Shown here: piece after piece, positions 9,560-19,579 of the stretch
How the letters are laid out: the number at the start of each line of letters is the position of its first letter
Numbering within the stretch: position 1 is the stretch's first letter
Assembly (NCBI GenBank): GCA_963674695.2
Contig: CAXXGI010000003.1
Coordinates: forward strand, 1,027,658 to 1,091,657
Reading direction: 5' to 3'
Origin: a bacterium
Lineage (GTDB): Bacteria; UBA10199; 2-02-FULL-44-16; JAAZCA01
DNA length: 64,000 nt
The notes under the pieces: generated by a model
The model's database searches: none
Seen by the model: only the letters and a program-made list of their open reading frames with translations
What the model was told of the DNA's origin: nothing
Position numbers and translations under genes: made by a program

Positions 9560-10012
9560 TCATCCCTGGATCGCGGTCTCGATCGCGGCTTTCGCCTGTG
9601 CGATGGTACGAATGGATTTTGGTACGACGAAGATCGTGTCGTCGCCAGCGATCGTGCCGAGGAGATCGGGCAAACGCGCGTGATCGAGGAACTCGGCGAC
9701 GAAGGAGGCGGATCCCGGGACGGTGTGGATGACGATCGTCGATTCGTTCGCCTCGATGGAGCGAACCAAGGTATCGAGCGCCCCCGAATAGCGTGTGAAC
9801 CCCGCCTGCTGGGGGAGGCGATAAACCACGCCCCCCTCCTCCAATGATTTGACCGCCCCGAGTTTGCGCAGTGTGCGCGAAACGGTCGACTGATTGACGA
9901 CGAACCCCTGCCCTCCCAGTGCCTCACAGAGATCCTCCTGCGTCCCCGAAAAGCCATCCTCGAGAAGGGCGCGGATCGCCCGCCCCAAATCGCTTCGTCT
10001 TGCCCGCTCCAT
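9560..10012 (-). CDS. argR: Arginine repressor
   Basis: TQEDL...QSTVSRTL...; GTIAGDDTI motif; RBS GGAGG before ATG 10012. Confidence 0.93.
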   Translation of the reverse strand: MERARRSDLGRAIRALLEDGFSGTQEDLCEALGGQGFVVNQSTVSRTLRKLGAVKSLEEGGVVYRLPQQAGFTRYSGALDTLVRSIEANESTIVIHTVPGSASFVAEFLDHARLPDLLGTIAGDDTIFVVPKSIRTIAQAKAAIETAIQG

Positions 10013-10025
10013 GACCACCTCCGAT

Positions 10026-10094
10026 AATGCATATTTATGCATGAAATGAAATATTTAGCAACTTTTTATTGAATATACCGAATAGTTATGCAAT
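10026..10094. promoter_or_regulatory. ARG boxes in the divergent argR/argG promoter
   Basis: AATGCATATTTATGCATG (10026-10043), AATGAAATATTTAGCAAC (10045-10062) and ACCGAATAGTTATGCAAT (10077-10094) resemble the ARG-box consensus TGMAT-W4-ATKCA. Confidence 0.7.
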
Positions 10095-10138
10095 TGATCG
10101 CATATACAGTCATCGCAACGCATATCTGAAGGAGGCTT

Positions 10139-11347
10139 ATGATGGACAAGAAAACGATTCTACTCGCCTACTCCGGCGGCCTCGACACCTCGGCGATTAT
10201 CCCCTGGTTGATCGACACCTACGACGCCGAGGTCATCGCCTATTGCTCCGACCTGGGCAACGCGCCGGACGGGGAGTGGCTTGCGAAACGCGCCAAGGAG
10301 TTGGGGGCGAAGGAATTCATCTTCGAAGATCTCAAGGAAGCGTTGACGAAGGACTACGTCTTCCCCGCGATTCGTGCCGGCGCGATCTATCAGGATGACT
10401 ACCTGCTCGGCACCGCGCTCGGCCGGCCGCTGATCGCCGAACGCATCGCCGCCCTCGCCAAGGAATACCATGCCTTCGCCATCGCGCACGGCGCCACCGG
10501 CAAGGGCAACGACCAGATTCGCTTCGAGCGGGCCTGGGCCTACCTCGTTCCGGAGATCGAGATCATCGCGCCGTGGAAGATCTGGGACTTCACGGGACGC
10601 AGCGACCTGGTCGCCTATCTCAATGCAAAGGGGTTCGACGCCTACGACAACGAGACGCGCTACAGCGAAGACGTCAACCTCCTGCACCGCTCCTGCGAAG
10701 GCGGCATCCTCGAAGAACTCGAAAAACCGTTCGACGCCGATGAGGTCTATAAGTGGACGAAGCCGCAGGATGCCTGCACCAACGATGCGCTGACGATCAG
10801 CGTGCAATTTATCGAGGGCATCCCCACAGCCATCGATGGCAAGGCCCTCTCCCCTGCCACGCTGCTGGCCGCTCTCAACGCAATCGGGGGCGAGCACGGC
10901 ATCGGCGTCGCCGACCTCGTGGAGGAGCGCACCAATGGGATCAAGAGCCGCGGCATCTACGAGACGCCGGGCGGAACGATTCTGCACAAATGTGGCAAGG
11001 TCCTCAAACACCTCTGTTGGGATCGGCCGACGCTCAAGATCGCCTCTCAGATCAGCACCGAATATGCCGACCTCGTCTATGACGGGCTCTGGCACTCCGA
11101 CGCGCGCAAAGCGATGGATGCCTTCTTTGGCGAGGCCGCAAAAGTCCTGACCGGAACCATCTCGCTCCAGCTCCAGAATGGGCACATCGTCATCACCGGA
11201 CGTGAATCCCCCTTTTCGCTTTACGGAAAGGAGCTGGTGAGTTTTGAAGAGGACGAACATGGGCTCAACAAGGCCGCGCATGGATTCTGCCGGACCTTGA
11301 GCTTCCGGCAGAGCCAGTGTGGGAAGAGAAACAGCACGATGACATGA
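10139..11347 (+). CDS. argG: Argininosuccinate synthase
   Basis: LAYSGGLDTS, HGATGKGNDQIRFE, KSRGIYETPG. Confidence 0.96.
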   Translation: MMDKKTILLAYSGGLDTSAIIPWLIDTYDAEVIAYCSDLGNAPDGEWLAKRAKELGAKEFIFEDLKEALTKDYVFPAIRAGAIYQDDYLLGTALGRPLIAERIAALAKEYHAFAIAHGATGKGNDQIRFERAWAYLVPEIEIIAPWKIWDFTGRSDLVAYLNAKGFDAYDNETRYSEDVNLLHRSCEGGILEELEKPFDADEVYKWTKPQDACTNDALTISVQFIEGIPTAIDGKALSPATLLAALNAIGGEHGIGVADLVEERTNGIKSRGIYETPGGTILHKCGKVLKHLCWDRPTLKIASQISTEYADLVYDGLWHSDARKAMDAFFGEAAKVLTGTISLQLQNGHIVITGRESPFSLYGKELVSFEEDEHGLNKAAHGFCRTLSFRQSQCGKRNSTMT

Positions 11348-11360
11348 TGGAGCAGACGCC

Positions 11361-12752
11361 ATGAATGTCTTGAAGACAACGATCAACAAGAACACCGAAT
11401 CAGCACTCTTTGCCTTCACGGGCGGAATCGAATGGGACCAGAGACTCGCCCCTTTTGAAATCGCCGTGCAGAAGGCATGGGTGACAGCACTCACAGAAGC
11501 GAACTATCTGAGTCCTGAAGAATGCACGACGGCGCTCACGCTCTTAGATACGGCGCGCTGCACCATGGCAGATGGCACCTTCGATTGGCGCATCGAGGAC
11601 GAGGACATCCACATGAACATCGAGCGCTTCCTCACCGCTGAGGGGGGTGAGATCGGCCGAAAGATTCATGCGGGGCGTTCGCGAAACGATCTGATCGCCA
11701 CGACGCTGCGACTCTTCGTCCATACCACGACCGAGGGCATCTCGAATCAGGTGGCGAATCTGGCCACGGCGCTCTGCGACCTAGCGACCTCTACTGTCGA
11801 AATTATCGTGCCGGGCACCACGCATCTACAGCACGGGCAACCGGTCTCCTTCGGCCATATCGCCGCCGCTCATGCACAGAACCTCTCCGGCGATCTGCGC
11901 AGACTTACCCGTGCGAGCACGCAGTGCCGAGAGCAGATGCCGATGGGTTCGGCGGCCCTTTCCGGCACCCCGCTCGAAATCGACCTCGACGCCCTGGCGG
12001 AAAACCTCGGCTTTGAGACGCCCGCTCCAAACAGCTATGCGGCCGTCGGCGATCGGGATTTCATGATCGAAGCGATGGATGCCTTTGCCTCCGTCGCCGT
12101 GCACATCGGACGGCTCTGCACGGATATCATCCACTGGTCCTCCACCGCCGTCGGACTCGTGCACCTTCCGCACGATTGGTCGACGGGCAGCTCGATCATG
12201 CCGAACAAGCGCAACCCGGACATCGCGGAGCTGGCCCGGGCACGGTCCGCGCGAGTCATCTCGCTTGCGCATGAAGCACATGCGATCCTCGCATCGGTCC
12301 CCACCAGCTATGGCAGCGACCTGCATGAGCTAAAAAAAACATTCATGATGGCAAGCGATGAGATCGAGGCGATCCTGAGCGCCTGCACTCCCTTCGTCGC
12401 CGGGCTCACCGTCGATGTCGTGCGGGCCAACGAACTGCTCGAGCGCGGACACATCCTCGCCACCGAGATCGCCGATGCACTGACCGCGCAGGGAACCTCC
12501 TTCCGCGAAGCCTATCGCATAACGGCCGCCCTCGTCGCGATGGCCGACGCACAGGGCGTGCAGGTGCATGCGCTCACGCCGGAGGCATTTCGCTCCCTGC
12601 TGCCGGAACACGATCTCGCCTTTCTCGATGATCTCTCCTTCGCGTCGGCGATCGCCAAACGCCATCAGCCCGGCGGCACCGCCATCGTCCAGGTTCAGAC
12701 CCAGATCGCTGGTCTGCGAAAGGCGATCCAGACCGCCCGCCTCCGACCGTGA
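11361..12752 (+). CDS. argH: Argininosuccinate lyase
   Basis: EDIHMNIE, HAGRSRND, GSSIMPNKRNPD. Confidence 0.95.
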   Translation: MNVLKTTINKNTESALFAFTGGIEWDQRLAPFEIAVQKAWVTALTEANYLSPEECTTALTLLDTARCTMADGTFDWRIEDEDIHMNIERFLTAEGGEIGRKIHAGRSRNDLIATTLRLFVHTTTEGISNQVANLATALCDLATSTVEIIVPGTTHLQHGQPVSFGHIAAAHAQNLSGDLRRLTRASTQCREQMPMGSAALSGTPLEIDLDALAENLGFETPAPNSYAAVGDRDFMIEAMDAFASVAVHIGRLCTDIIHWSSTAVGLVHLPHDWSTGSSIMPNKRNPDIAELARARSARVISLAHEAHAILASVPTSYGSDLHELKKTFMMASDEIEAILSACTPFVAGLTVDVVRANELLERGHILATEIADALTAQGTSFREAYRITAALVAMADAQGVQVHALTPEAFRSLLPEHDLAFLDDLSFASAIAKRHQPGGTAIVQVQTQIAGLRKAIQTARLRP

Positions 12753-12856
12753 CGCCCTTTGGCGACCACCGTCATGCCGATCGCCCCATCCTTGCAACCG
12801 AGAGGCGCGAGCGGTATCCTCCGATCGTTCGAACAGGATAAGGAATTGATACCACC

Positions 12857-13675
12857 ATGAAAAAATCACTCAAATACCGGGAACTGATTCCCGAAGCCAG
12901 GCGGGTCGTGGTCAAGATCGGAAGCCGGGTCCTCGTTCAAAAGACAGGCCGGCCGGATGTGCGCCGCATACGCAGCCTCACCACGGAGCTCGCACAGCTC
13001 CGAAAAAACGGCTTTGAAATCGTCGTCGTCACCTCCGGGGCCATCGGCGCCGGCATGGAGGCGCTCGGCATGAAGGAGAAACCGAAGGGGCTCCCCGATC
13101 TGCAGATGGCGGCCGCGGTCGGACAGACCCGGCTCATGTGCCGCTACTCGGACCTCTTCGCCCGAGCCGGATGCACGATCGGACAGGTCCTGCTCACGCA
13201 CGACGACTTTCATCACAAGATTCGGATGACCAACATCCGCCGCACGATGGAGAGCCTCCTCCGCAACGGAATCATTCCGGTCGTCAATGAGAACGACGTG
13301 GTGGCCGACGAAGAGATCCGCGCCGACCTCTCGCTCGGGGACAACGACAACCTCGCCTCGCTGCTGGTGAAACTCATTCGCGCCGACCTCCTCATCATGC
13401 TCACCACGGTCGATGGCGTGCGGCAGAAGGAAACGAACGGACGGACGCGTCGCATGCGCTACATCGAGACCATCACGAAGGAGACCTTCTCGCACATCTC
13501 GCCGGGAAAGTCGGCGCTCTCCAAGGGGGGCATGGCCTCCAAGCTCAAGGCCGCGCAGTCGATCTCAAAATCGGGCTGTTCGACCGTCATCGCCGATGGA
13601 CGCGAGCGGGGCACGCTGGATCGAATCATGAAGGGGAATGATGTGGGGACACTCATCCTGGCCATGGGCACTTAG
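12857..13675 (+). CDS. proB: Glutamate 5-kinase (no PUA domain)
   Basis: VVKIGS, VTSGAI, AAAVGQ, NENDVV, GDND, GGMASK. Confidence 0.93.
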   Translation: MKKSLKYRELIPEARRVVVKIGSRVLVQKTGRPDVRRIRSLTTELAQLRKNGFEIVVVTSGAIGAGMEALGMKEKPKGLPDLQMAAAVGQTRLMCRYSDLFARAGCTIGQVLLTHDDFHHKIRMTNIRRTMESLLRNGIIPVVNENDVVADEEIRADLSLGDNDNLASLLVKLIRADLLIMLTTVDGVRQKETNGRTRRMRYIETITKETFSHISPGKSALSKGGMASKLKAAQSISKSGCSTVIADGRERGTLDRIMKGNDVGTLILAMGT

Positions 13676-13707
13676 ACGGTCGCCCAACGAATGCTGAGGA
13701 ATTATTT

Positions 13708-14961
13708 ATGGGATTACATGAAGAGATGCTCGCGATCGGTCAGCAGGCGCTGGCGGCTTCGCGCGCGATCAACCTGCTCAGCACGGCGCAGAAAAATGCC
13801 ATCCTCAATGGCATGGCCGACGGCATCATGGCCGATCGTGTGGCGATTCTTGAAGCGAATGCCGCCGATCTGAAGGCAGGAGAAGAGGCAGGGCTGTCGA
13901 GAGCCATGCTCGATCGCCTCGCGCTCGACGAGGCCCGTATCGACGGTATTGCCAAAGGATTGAATGACGTCGCCGCCCTCCCCGATCCGGTGGGCGAGGA
14001 GATCGAGCGCAATGTTCGCCCCAACGGCCTCATCATCATGAAGCAGCGCGTGCCGATCGGCGTCATCGGCATGATCTATGAATCGCGTCCGAACGTCACC
14101 GCCGACACCGCGGGGCTCTGCCTCAAGTCTTCGAATGCGGTCATTCTCCGCGGCGGCAAGGAGGCGATGCGATCCAATGCCGCGATCTGCGATGCGCTCG
14201 TCGCGGGCGGCATGAAGGCCGGGATGCCAAAAAACGCGGTGCAGCTCATCCGCACGACCGATCGCGATGCCGTTCGAGAGCTCGTGCAGCTCGAGGGCCT
14301 CGTCGATCTCGTCATTCCGCGCGGCGGCGAGTCGCTCGTCCGTGCCGTCACCGAACAGGCGCGCGTCCCCGTCATCAAGCACTACAAGGGCGTCTGCCAC
14401 ACCTATGTCGATGCCTCCGCCGACATCGACATGGCGCTGGCCATCGCCAAAAACGCCAAGTGTCAGCGACCGGGCGTCTGCAACGCCATGGAGACGCTGC
14501 TCGTGCATGTCGACATCGCCGACGCCTTCCTGCCGAAACTCGCCGACCTTCTCATCCCACAGGGTGTCGAATTGAGGGGGGATGCAGCAACGCGTGCGAT
14601 CATCGCCCAGGCAGTAGAGGCCTCAGAACAGGATTGGTCTGCGGAATATCTCGACCTGATCCTGGCGATCCGAGTCGTCGGTTCGGTTACGGAGGCCGTG
14701 GAACACATCAATCGATACGGGTCGAGGCACTCCGATGCGATCATCGCAGCGGATACAGATTCCCAACGGATCTTCACCCAGAGGGTCGATTCCTCCTCCG
14801 TCTATGTCAATGCCTCGACCCGCTTCACCGACGGAGGGGAATTCGGCATGGGCGCGGAGATCGGCATCAGCACCGACAAACTCCATGCCCGCGGCCCGAT
14901 GGGGCTCGAGGGACTGACCACCTACAAATATATCATTCTCGGCGAAGGACAGATCCGATGA
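13708..14961 (+). CDS. proA: Gamma-glutamyl phosphate reductase
   Basis: YESRPNVT, IPRGG, CNAMET, NASTRFTDGGEFGMGAEIGISTDKLHARGP. Confidence 0.96.
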   Translation: MGLHEEMLAIGQQALAASRAINLLSTAQKNAILNGMADGIMADRVAILEANAADLKAGEEAGLSRAMLDRLALDEARIDGIAKGLNDVAALPDPVGEEIERNVRPNGLIIMKQRVPIGVIGMIYESRPNVTADTAGLCLKSSNAVILRGGKEAMRSNAAICDALVAGGMKAGMPKNAVQLIRTTDRDAVRELVQLEGLVDLVIPRGGESLVRAVTEQARVPVIKHYKGVCHTYVDASADIDMALAIAKNAKCQRPGVCNAMETLLVHVDIADAFLPKLADLLIPQGVELRGDAATRAIIAQAVEASEQDWSAEYLDLILAIRVVGSVTEAVEHINRYGSRHSDAIIAADTDSQRIFTQRVDSSSVYVNASTRFTDGGEFGMGAEIGISTDKLHARGPMGLEGLTTYKYIILGEGQIR

Positions 14962-15419
14962 AAGAACCAAAACCGATCGTCATCATCGGCGTTGGAAACT
15001 TCCTGATGGGGGATGAGGGCGCTGGCGTCCATGCGATCAAACGACTCGAGCAGGAGTCCTGGCCCGATACGGTGGAACTCATCGATGGCGGAACGCCGGG
15101 AATGAACCTGATGTATATGATCGAAAACCGCCGACTCGCCGTTCTCATCGACTGCGCCGATTTCGGCGCCGAACCCGGTGCGATCGACGTCTTCGACCCC
15201 GACGATCTTAAGCGCGACGAACGCAGCGAGATCAGCCTGCACGCCACGGATCTCCTCTCCGCGCTGGAACTGGCCCGCCGTCTGGGACATTACCCCGAGG
15301 CCGTGCGCATCGTCGGCATCCAGCCGAAAGCAATCGCCATGACGACGACGCTGAGCGATACGCTCACCGCAGCACTCGAAAAGCTCCCCGAAACGATTAC
15401 TAAACTCATCACACTCTAG
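14958..15419 (+). CDS. Hydrogenase maturation protease (HybD/HyaD family)
   Basis: GVGNFLMGDEGAG, DGGT, SLH motifs; ATGA overlap with proA stop (start revised). Confidence 0.9.
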   Translation: MKEPKPIVIIGVGNFLMGDEGAGVHAIKRLEQESWPDTVELIDGGTPGMNLMYMIENRRLAVLIDCADFGAEPGAIDVFDPDDLKRDERSEISLHATDLLSALELARRLGHYPEAVRIVGIQPKAIAMTTTLSDTLTAALEKLPETITKLITL

Positions 15420-15567
15420 GGCGTGTCCTCATTTGACCATAACCCCTTATAACAAAAGGGGGTCTTTGTTTTTGTCATCCCCGCGCAAGCGGGGATCTCG
15501 ATTGACCCCTCATAAGCGAGATTCCCGCTTTCGCGGGAATGACACCTTACCAAATGAGGACGTGCCC
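15419..15567. mobile_element. MITE-like element with 17-bp TIRs and TA flanks carrying GTCATYCCCGC...GCGGGAATGAC palindrome
   Basis: TIRs GGGCGTGTCCTCATTTG / CAAATGAGGACGTGCCC (15/17 match), TA on both sides; internal palindrome 15474-15543. Confidence 0.7.
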
Positions 15568-15575
15568 TAGGATAA

Positions 15576-16199
15576 TCAGCTTTTCTGCTTGAGGGCGATC
15601 TTGAGATCGGCCACGGCGGTGTTGACCGCATCGCAGACCGCGCGGGAGGAGATGGTGGCGCCGGTGATGGCGTCGATCGTGCCGCCGTCTTTCTGGACCT
15701 TCACCGGAGCCTTCTTGCCATCGAACTGCACCTGGAACCAGGGACGCAACCCCTGTTCATCCGGGCTCGTTCCGGTGAGGATCGTCCACCAGGTCTTCTT
15801 CGAGAGGATCTCATCGACCTTGTCACCGAGACCAGGCGTCTCCTTCTGATAGAGCACCTTGATCCCCTGAAGGTCGAATTGTTTGTTCACGCCGGCCATA
15901 ACCTGCAAAACGCTCGAATAGCCGGTGGCGTGTCCTTCGGCGACATACCCAATGACCTCACTCCCCTTCTTCGCGATGCGATAGGTGAAGGGTTTGCCCT
16001 GTGCCGTCGCTTCTTTCACCTCGAAGTCAGTCGCCTCCGGCATCACGATTTTGAGCGCGGCCTGCGTCCGCTCGGCCTGAATCGCGAGCTTCTTCGGGAG
16101 GGTCACCGCATAGAGCGCCGCGAGCGACGCCGCCGAGATGGCGGTGACGATCATGAGCACCAACGGAAAGCGAATCCAGTCAGGCAGTCCTTTTGCCAT
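15576..16199 (-). CDS. rnfG: Rnf complex subunit G (FMN-binding)
   Basis: N-terminal TM, GYSS, ETPGLG, DAITGATISSRAV FMN-attachment motif. Confidence 0.92.
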   Translation of the reverse strand: MAKGLPDWIRFPLVLMIVTAISAASLAALYAVTLPKKLAIQAERTQAALKIVMPEATDFEVKEATAQGKPFTYRIAKKGSEVIGYVAEGHATGYSSVLQVMAGVNKQFDLQGIKVLYQKETPGLGDKVDEILSKKTWWTILTGTSPDEQGLRPWFQVQFDGKKAPVKVQKDGGTIDAITGATISSRAVCDAVNTAVADLKIALKQKS

Positions 16200-17244
16200 G
16201 AGAAACAGCTCCAAAAAAGCGCGGTACGGTTATGCGATCGATCAACCAGACCGCGGTATTCATCAAGAGGATTGAATAGCAGACCCCCTCAGGGTATCCG
16301 CCGTAGAGACGAATGATCGCCACCAGCACGCCACAGCCAACTCCATAGAAGACCTGCCCCTTCGAAGTGAGGGGGCTCGTCACCATGTCGGTCGCCATGA
16401 AGAAGGCACCGAGCATCAGACCGCCGGCGAAGGCCTGCGCGACCGAACGCATGACGACCATCATCGGATCGGCCCAGAAACCGGCCTGCCAAAACCCAAC
16501 GATCCGACCGCCGTCCGATATCGGCAACAGCACGACGAGGACCATCACGGTAGCGATATAGGCAAACGGCAGGCGCCAGTTGATATAGCCCTTCCCGATG
16601 AGGTAGAGCGCACCGAGACCGAGGGCAACCACCGACGTCTCGCCGAGCGAACCCGGGACCCGCCCCAAGACCAATTCGGTGAGCGAATAGTGTTCGAAAA
16701 AGAGCGTCGGATTGGCCTTGAGCACCGCCAGCGGCGTGGCCTTCGTGACCGCATCGACGGTGAGAATATTTCCGATCCAGGGCATCTTGAGGATCGGCCA
16801 CTTGGTCATGACGATCGCACCGGAATAGGCCGCGAGCAAAAAGGCGCGTCCGGCCAGCGCCGGGTTCCAGATGTTGCACCCCAGGCCACCGAAGGCATGC
16901 TTGGCAATGCCGATCGCAAAGACCGAACCGATCACCGGAACGTACAGCGCAACGTTCGGGGGAAGACAGTAGGCCAAGAGCATCCCCGTCAGGACCGCGG
17001 AACCATCGCCGACGGTGATGGGAACGCCGCGAAAACGTTGAATGGCCGCCTCGCTCAACACCGCTGCGAGCACGGAGACGAGCACCACGGCCAAAGCATA
17101 GAACCCGAAGTTGAGCACCGCGACGATGAGCTGCGGCACGAGCGCGATCACCACGCTCCACATGATGCGCGAAATGGAATCGGACGTGCCCAAATGCGGC
17201 GCCGGCCCGACGACCAGTTTATTTGGAAAAAGTGTCTCTGCCAT
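16180..17244 (-). CDS. rnfD: Rnf complex subunit D
   Basis: PH, FGGLGCNIWNPA, DAVTKATPL, GSLGETS, FMATDMVTSP, YPEG; start revised to MAETLF. Confidence 0.93.
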   Translation of the reverse strand: MAETLFPNKLVVGPAPHLGTSDSISRIMWSVVIALVPQLIVAVLNFGFYALAVVLVSVLAAVLSEAAIQRFRGVPITVGDGSAVLTGMLLAYCLPPNVALYVPVIGSVFAIGIAKHAFGGLGCNIWNPALAGRAFLLAAYSGAIVMTKWPILKMPWIGNILTVDAVTKATPLAVLKANPTLFFEHYSLTELVLGRVPGSLGETSVVALGLGALYLIGKGYINWRLPFAYIATVMVLVVLLPISDGGRIVGFWQAGFWADPMMVVMRSVAQAFAGGLMLGAFFMATDMVTSPLTSKGQVFYGVGCGVLVAIIRLYGGYPEGVCYSILLMNTAVWLIDRITVPRFFGAVSHGKRTA

Positions 17245-17251
17245 AAAAGTC

Positions 17252-17353
17252 CGTGACTCGTAATTCGTGACTCGTAACTGGCAACTCGAAAACCATAACC
17301 CGTGACCCGGAAAACCTGAAATTGATTCCCTCATTACGAGTTACGAGTTACGT
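17252..17353 (-). repeat. Inverted 7-bp junction array between rnfC and rnfD
   Basis: Sense strand: acgTAActcgtaactcgtaa ... cgagttgccagttacgagtcacgaattacgagtcacgg-acttttATG. Confidence 0.8.
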
Positions 17354-18679
17354 CTTCTCTTTATGTTTCTGCTCCGCCTTCCAGGCCGCCAGTTCCGCCT
17401 TGGCGCGTTTGACATAGTGCACGATCGGCCGCTGCGACGGGCACGCAAAGGTACAGGTGCCGCACTCCATGCAGTCGAGCACGTGCAGGTGTTCATATTT
17501 TTCGACCTCGCCCGCCTCGATCGCCGCGACCATCTCGGCGGCCATCCCGCGCAGCGGACAGACTTCGATGCATTTTCCGCAGCGCAGACAGGGCCCGGGC
17601 AGATAGCGTGGAATCTTCGTCAACGCCAGCACCCCGCTGGTCCCCTTCACCACCGGGATGTCGGGATCGGGGACGGCGATCCCCATCATCGGGCCACCGA
17701 GGATCAGCTTTTTGGTCTTCGGGCTCACGCCTTGACGCACGAGCAGATCCCGAATCGAGGTTCCCAGCGGGACGATCAGGTTGGCCGGGCGTTCGATCCC
17801 TTCGCCGGTCACCGTCACCGGACGCGCGATCAGCGGCATCGATTTCGACACCGCCTCGAAGATCGCATGCGCGGTGGCGACATTGTGAACGACAACGCCC
17901 ACATCGAGCGGCAAACGCCCGGGCGGAACCTCGCGGCCGGCGAGCGCATCGATGAGCTGTTTCTCCGCGCCCTGCGGATATTTGACCGTGAGGAGCGAAA
18001 CCGAAATGCCCGCGTCATCCTTGGTCGCCGCAACCATCGCCTCATAGGCATCGGGCTTATTCGCCTCGATACCGATGATGGCGCGCTCGACCCCCAACGC
18101 CTTCATGATGAGGCGCAGACCCGCGACGACATCGCCCGCGCGCTCGAGCATCAACCGGTGATCGCAGGTGAGATACGGCTCACACTCCACCCCATTGAGC
18201 AGGACCAGGTCGATCGGCCGATCATCAGGGGGAGAGAGTTTGACGTGCGTGGGAAAAGCCGCGCCGCCCATGCCGACGATCCCGGCATCGCGCACGATTG
18301 CCTTGATCTGCTTCGGAGAGACATTCGTCACATCGCGCGCCTCGCCAACGCCCTCGGCCAGGCGATCCTCGCCATCGTTTTCGATGATGATGTGATCGCA
18401 GACCTTTCCGAGCGGCGTTGTGCGCTGCTCGATCGCCTTCACCTTCCCGGAGACGGAGGCATGCACCGGCACCGAGACGAAGCCATTGGCCTCGGCGATG
18501 ACTTGTCCCTTGGCCACGACATCGCCGACCGCGACGATGGTCTTGGCCGGTGCCCCGATGTGCTGGGAGACGGGCAAGACCACCAGCTCCGGCGCCTCGA
18601 CGCGCTCGAGCGCCATCTTCTCCGAGAGCTGCTTCATCTCGGGGGGATGCACACCACCTGTTCGAAATGTCTTCATCAT
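17348..18679 (-). CDS. rnfC: Rnf complex subunit C
   Basis: GGVHP, QHIGAP, GIVGMGGAAFPTHVK, ECEPYLTCD, YPQGAEKQ, GGPMMG, two CxxCxxCxxxCP. Confidence 0.95.
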   Translation of the reverse strand: MMKTFRTGGVHPPEMKQLSEKMALERVEAPELVVLPVSQHIGAPAKTIVAVGDVVAKGQVIAEANGFVSVPVHASVSGKVKAIEQRTTPLGKVCDHIIIENDGEDRLAEGVGEARDVTNVSPKQIKAIVRDAGIVGMGGAAFPTHVKLSPPDDRPIDLVLLNGVECEPYLTCDHRLMLERAGDVVAGLRLIMKALGVERAIIGIEANKPDAYEAMVAATKDDAGISVSLLTVKYPQGAEKQLIDALAGREVPPGRLPLDVGVVVHNVATAHAIFEAVSKSMPLIARPVTVTGEGIERPANLIVPLGTSIRDLLVRQGVSPKTKKLILGGPMMGIAVPDPDIPVVKGTSGVLALTKIPRYLPGPCLRCGKCIEVCPLRGMAAEMVAAIEAGEVEKYEHLHVLDCMECGTCTFACPSQRPIVHYVKRAKAELAAWKAEQKHKEKT

Positions 18680-18691
18680 AAGACCACTATT

Positions 18692-18770
18692 CGTGAACCG
18701 TAAACCGTGAACCGTGAACAGTAAGCAAAATCGTGTTAATCTTCACCGTTCACCGTTCACCGTTTTCACC
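18692..18770 (-). repeat. Inverted 7-bp junction array between rnfB and rnfC
   Basis: Sense: GGTGAAC units supply the rnfB C-terminus and TGA; mate (GTTCACG)n precedes rnfC ATG. Confidence 0.85.
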
Positions 18771-19573
18771 GGCCATATTCCCAGCTTCTTTCGCATCGGC
18801 CGATAGTTGATAATGGTTCCGGTCGGGCACTCCTTCACACACTTCCCGCAGGAGGTGCACTTTTCATAGTCGAAGATCGCAATGTTATTCTCGATGCGCA
18901 CCGCATCAAATGGGCAGACCTTCTCGCACTTCTTGCAGCCGATGCACCCGACCGCACAGGCCTTGCGCGTGACCGCGCCCTTATCACGAGAGACGCAGCG
19001 CACATGGACGAGCTTGCCCAGGGGGATCAAGTCGAAGAGTCCCTTCGGGCACGCCTTCACACACTTCCCGCACGCGGTGCACTTGGCCTCATCGACGACC
19101 GGAAACCCATCGACCATGTGCAAGGCATCGAAGGGACAGACATCCGCGCAATCGCCAAATCCGATACAGCCGTAGGTGCAGAGCTTCGGCCCGCCCTGAA
19201 GGAGGTTCGCGGCAAAGCAGGTGCGCACGCCCTCATAGATATAGCGATCCTCGACATCGCGCCCGTTGCAATGCAGCACGGCAACCTCTTTATCCGTCTG
19301 CGCCGCCTCCACGCCCATCACATCGGCGATGAGGTCTGCCACGCTCTGCCCACCCGGAATGCAGGCGGTCACCTCAGCCGAGCCGTGAACGATCGCCTTC
19401 GCGAGCGCCCCGCATCCGCCCAGACCACACGCGCCGCAGTTCGACCCGGGCAGCGCATGCTCGATGCGAGAGATGCGCGCGTCGATGTGCACGCGAAAGA
19501 CGCGCGAAGCGACATAGAGCCCCAACCCAAAGAGGAGCCCCAAAAAACCCAGAATGAGAAGCGGTGGGAACAT
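18743..19573 (-). CDS. rnfB: Rnf complex subunit B (polyferredoxin type)
   Basis: LPGSNCGACGLGGC, CIPGG, multiple CxxCxxCxxxCP; start revised to MFPPLL. Confidence 0.92.
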   Translation of the reverse strand: MFPPLLILGFLGLLFGLGLYVASRVFRVHIDARISRIEHALPGSNCGACGLGGCGALAKAIVHGSAEVTACIPGGQSVADLIADVMGVEAAQTDKEVAVLHCNGRDVEDRYIYEGVRTCFAANLLQGGPKLCTYGCIGFGDCADVCPFDALHMVDGFPVVDEAKCTACGKCVKACPKGLFDLIPLGKLVHVRCVSRDKGAVTRKACAVGCIGCKKCEKVCPFDAVRIENNIAIFDYEKCTSCGKCVKECPTGTIINYRPMRKKLGIWPVKTVNGER

Positions 19574-19579
19574 AAAATC

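Noticed and set aside
12857-13675. proB as a truncated pseudogene
   Set aside because: PUA-less glutamate 5-kinases are a known natural form and the catalytic motifs are intact.
14460-14957. 319-aa ORF start for the maturation protease
   Set aside because: The upstream part overlaps proA in another frame; the ATGA overlap at 14958 is the credible start.
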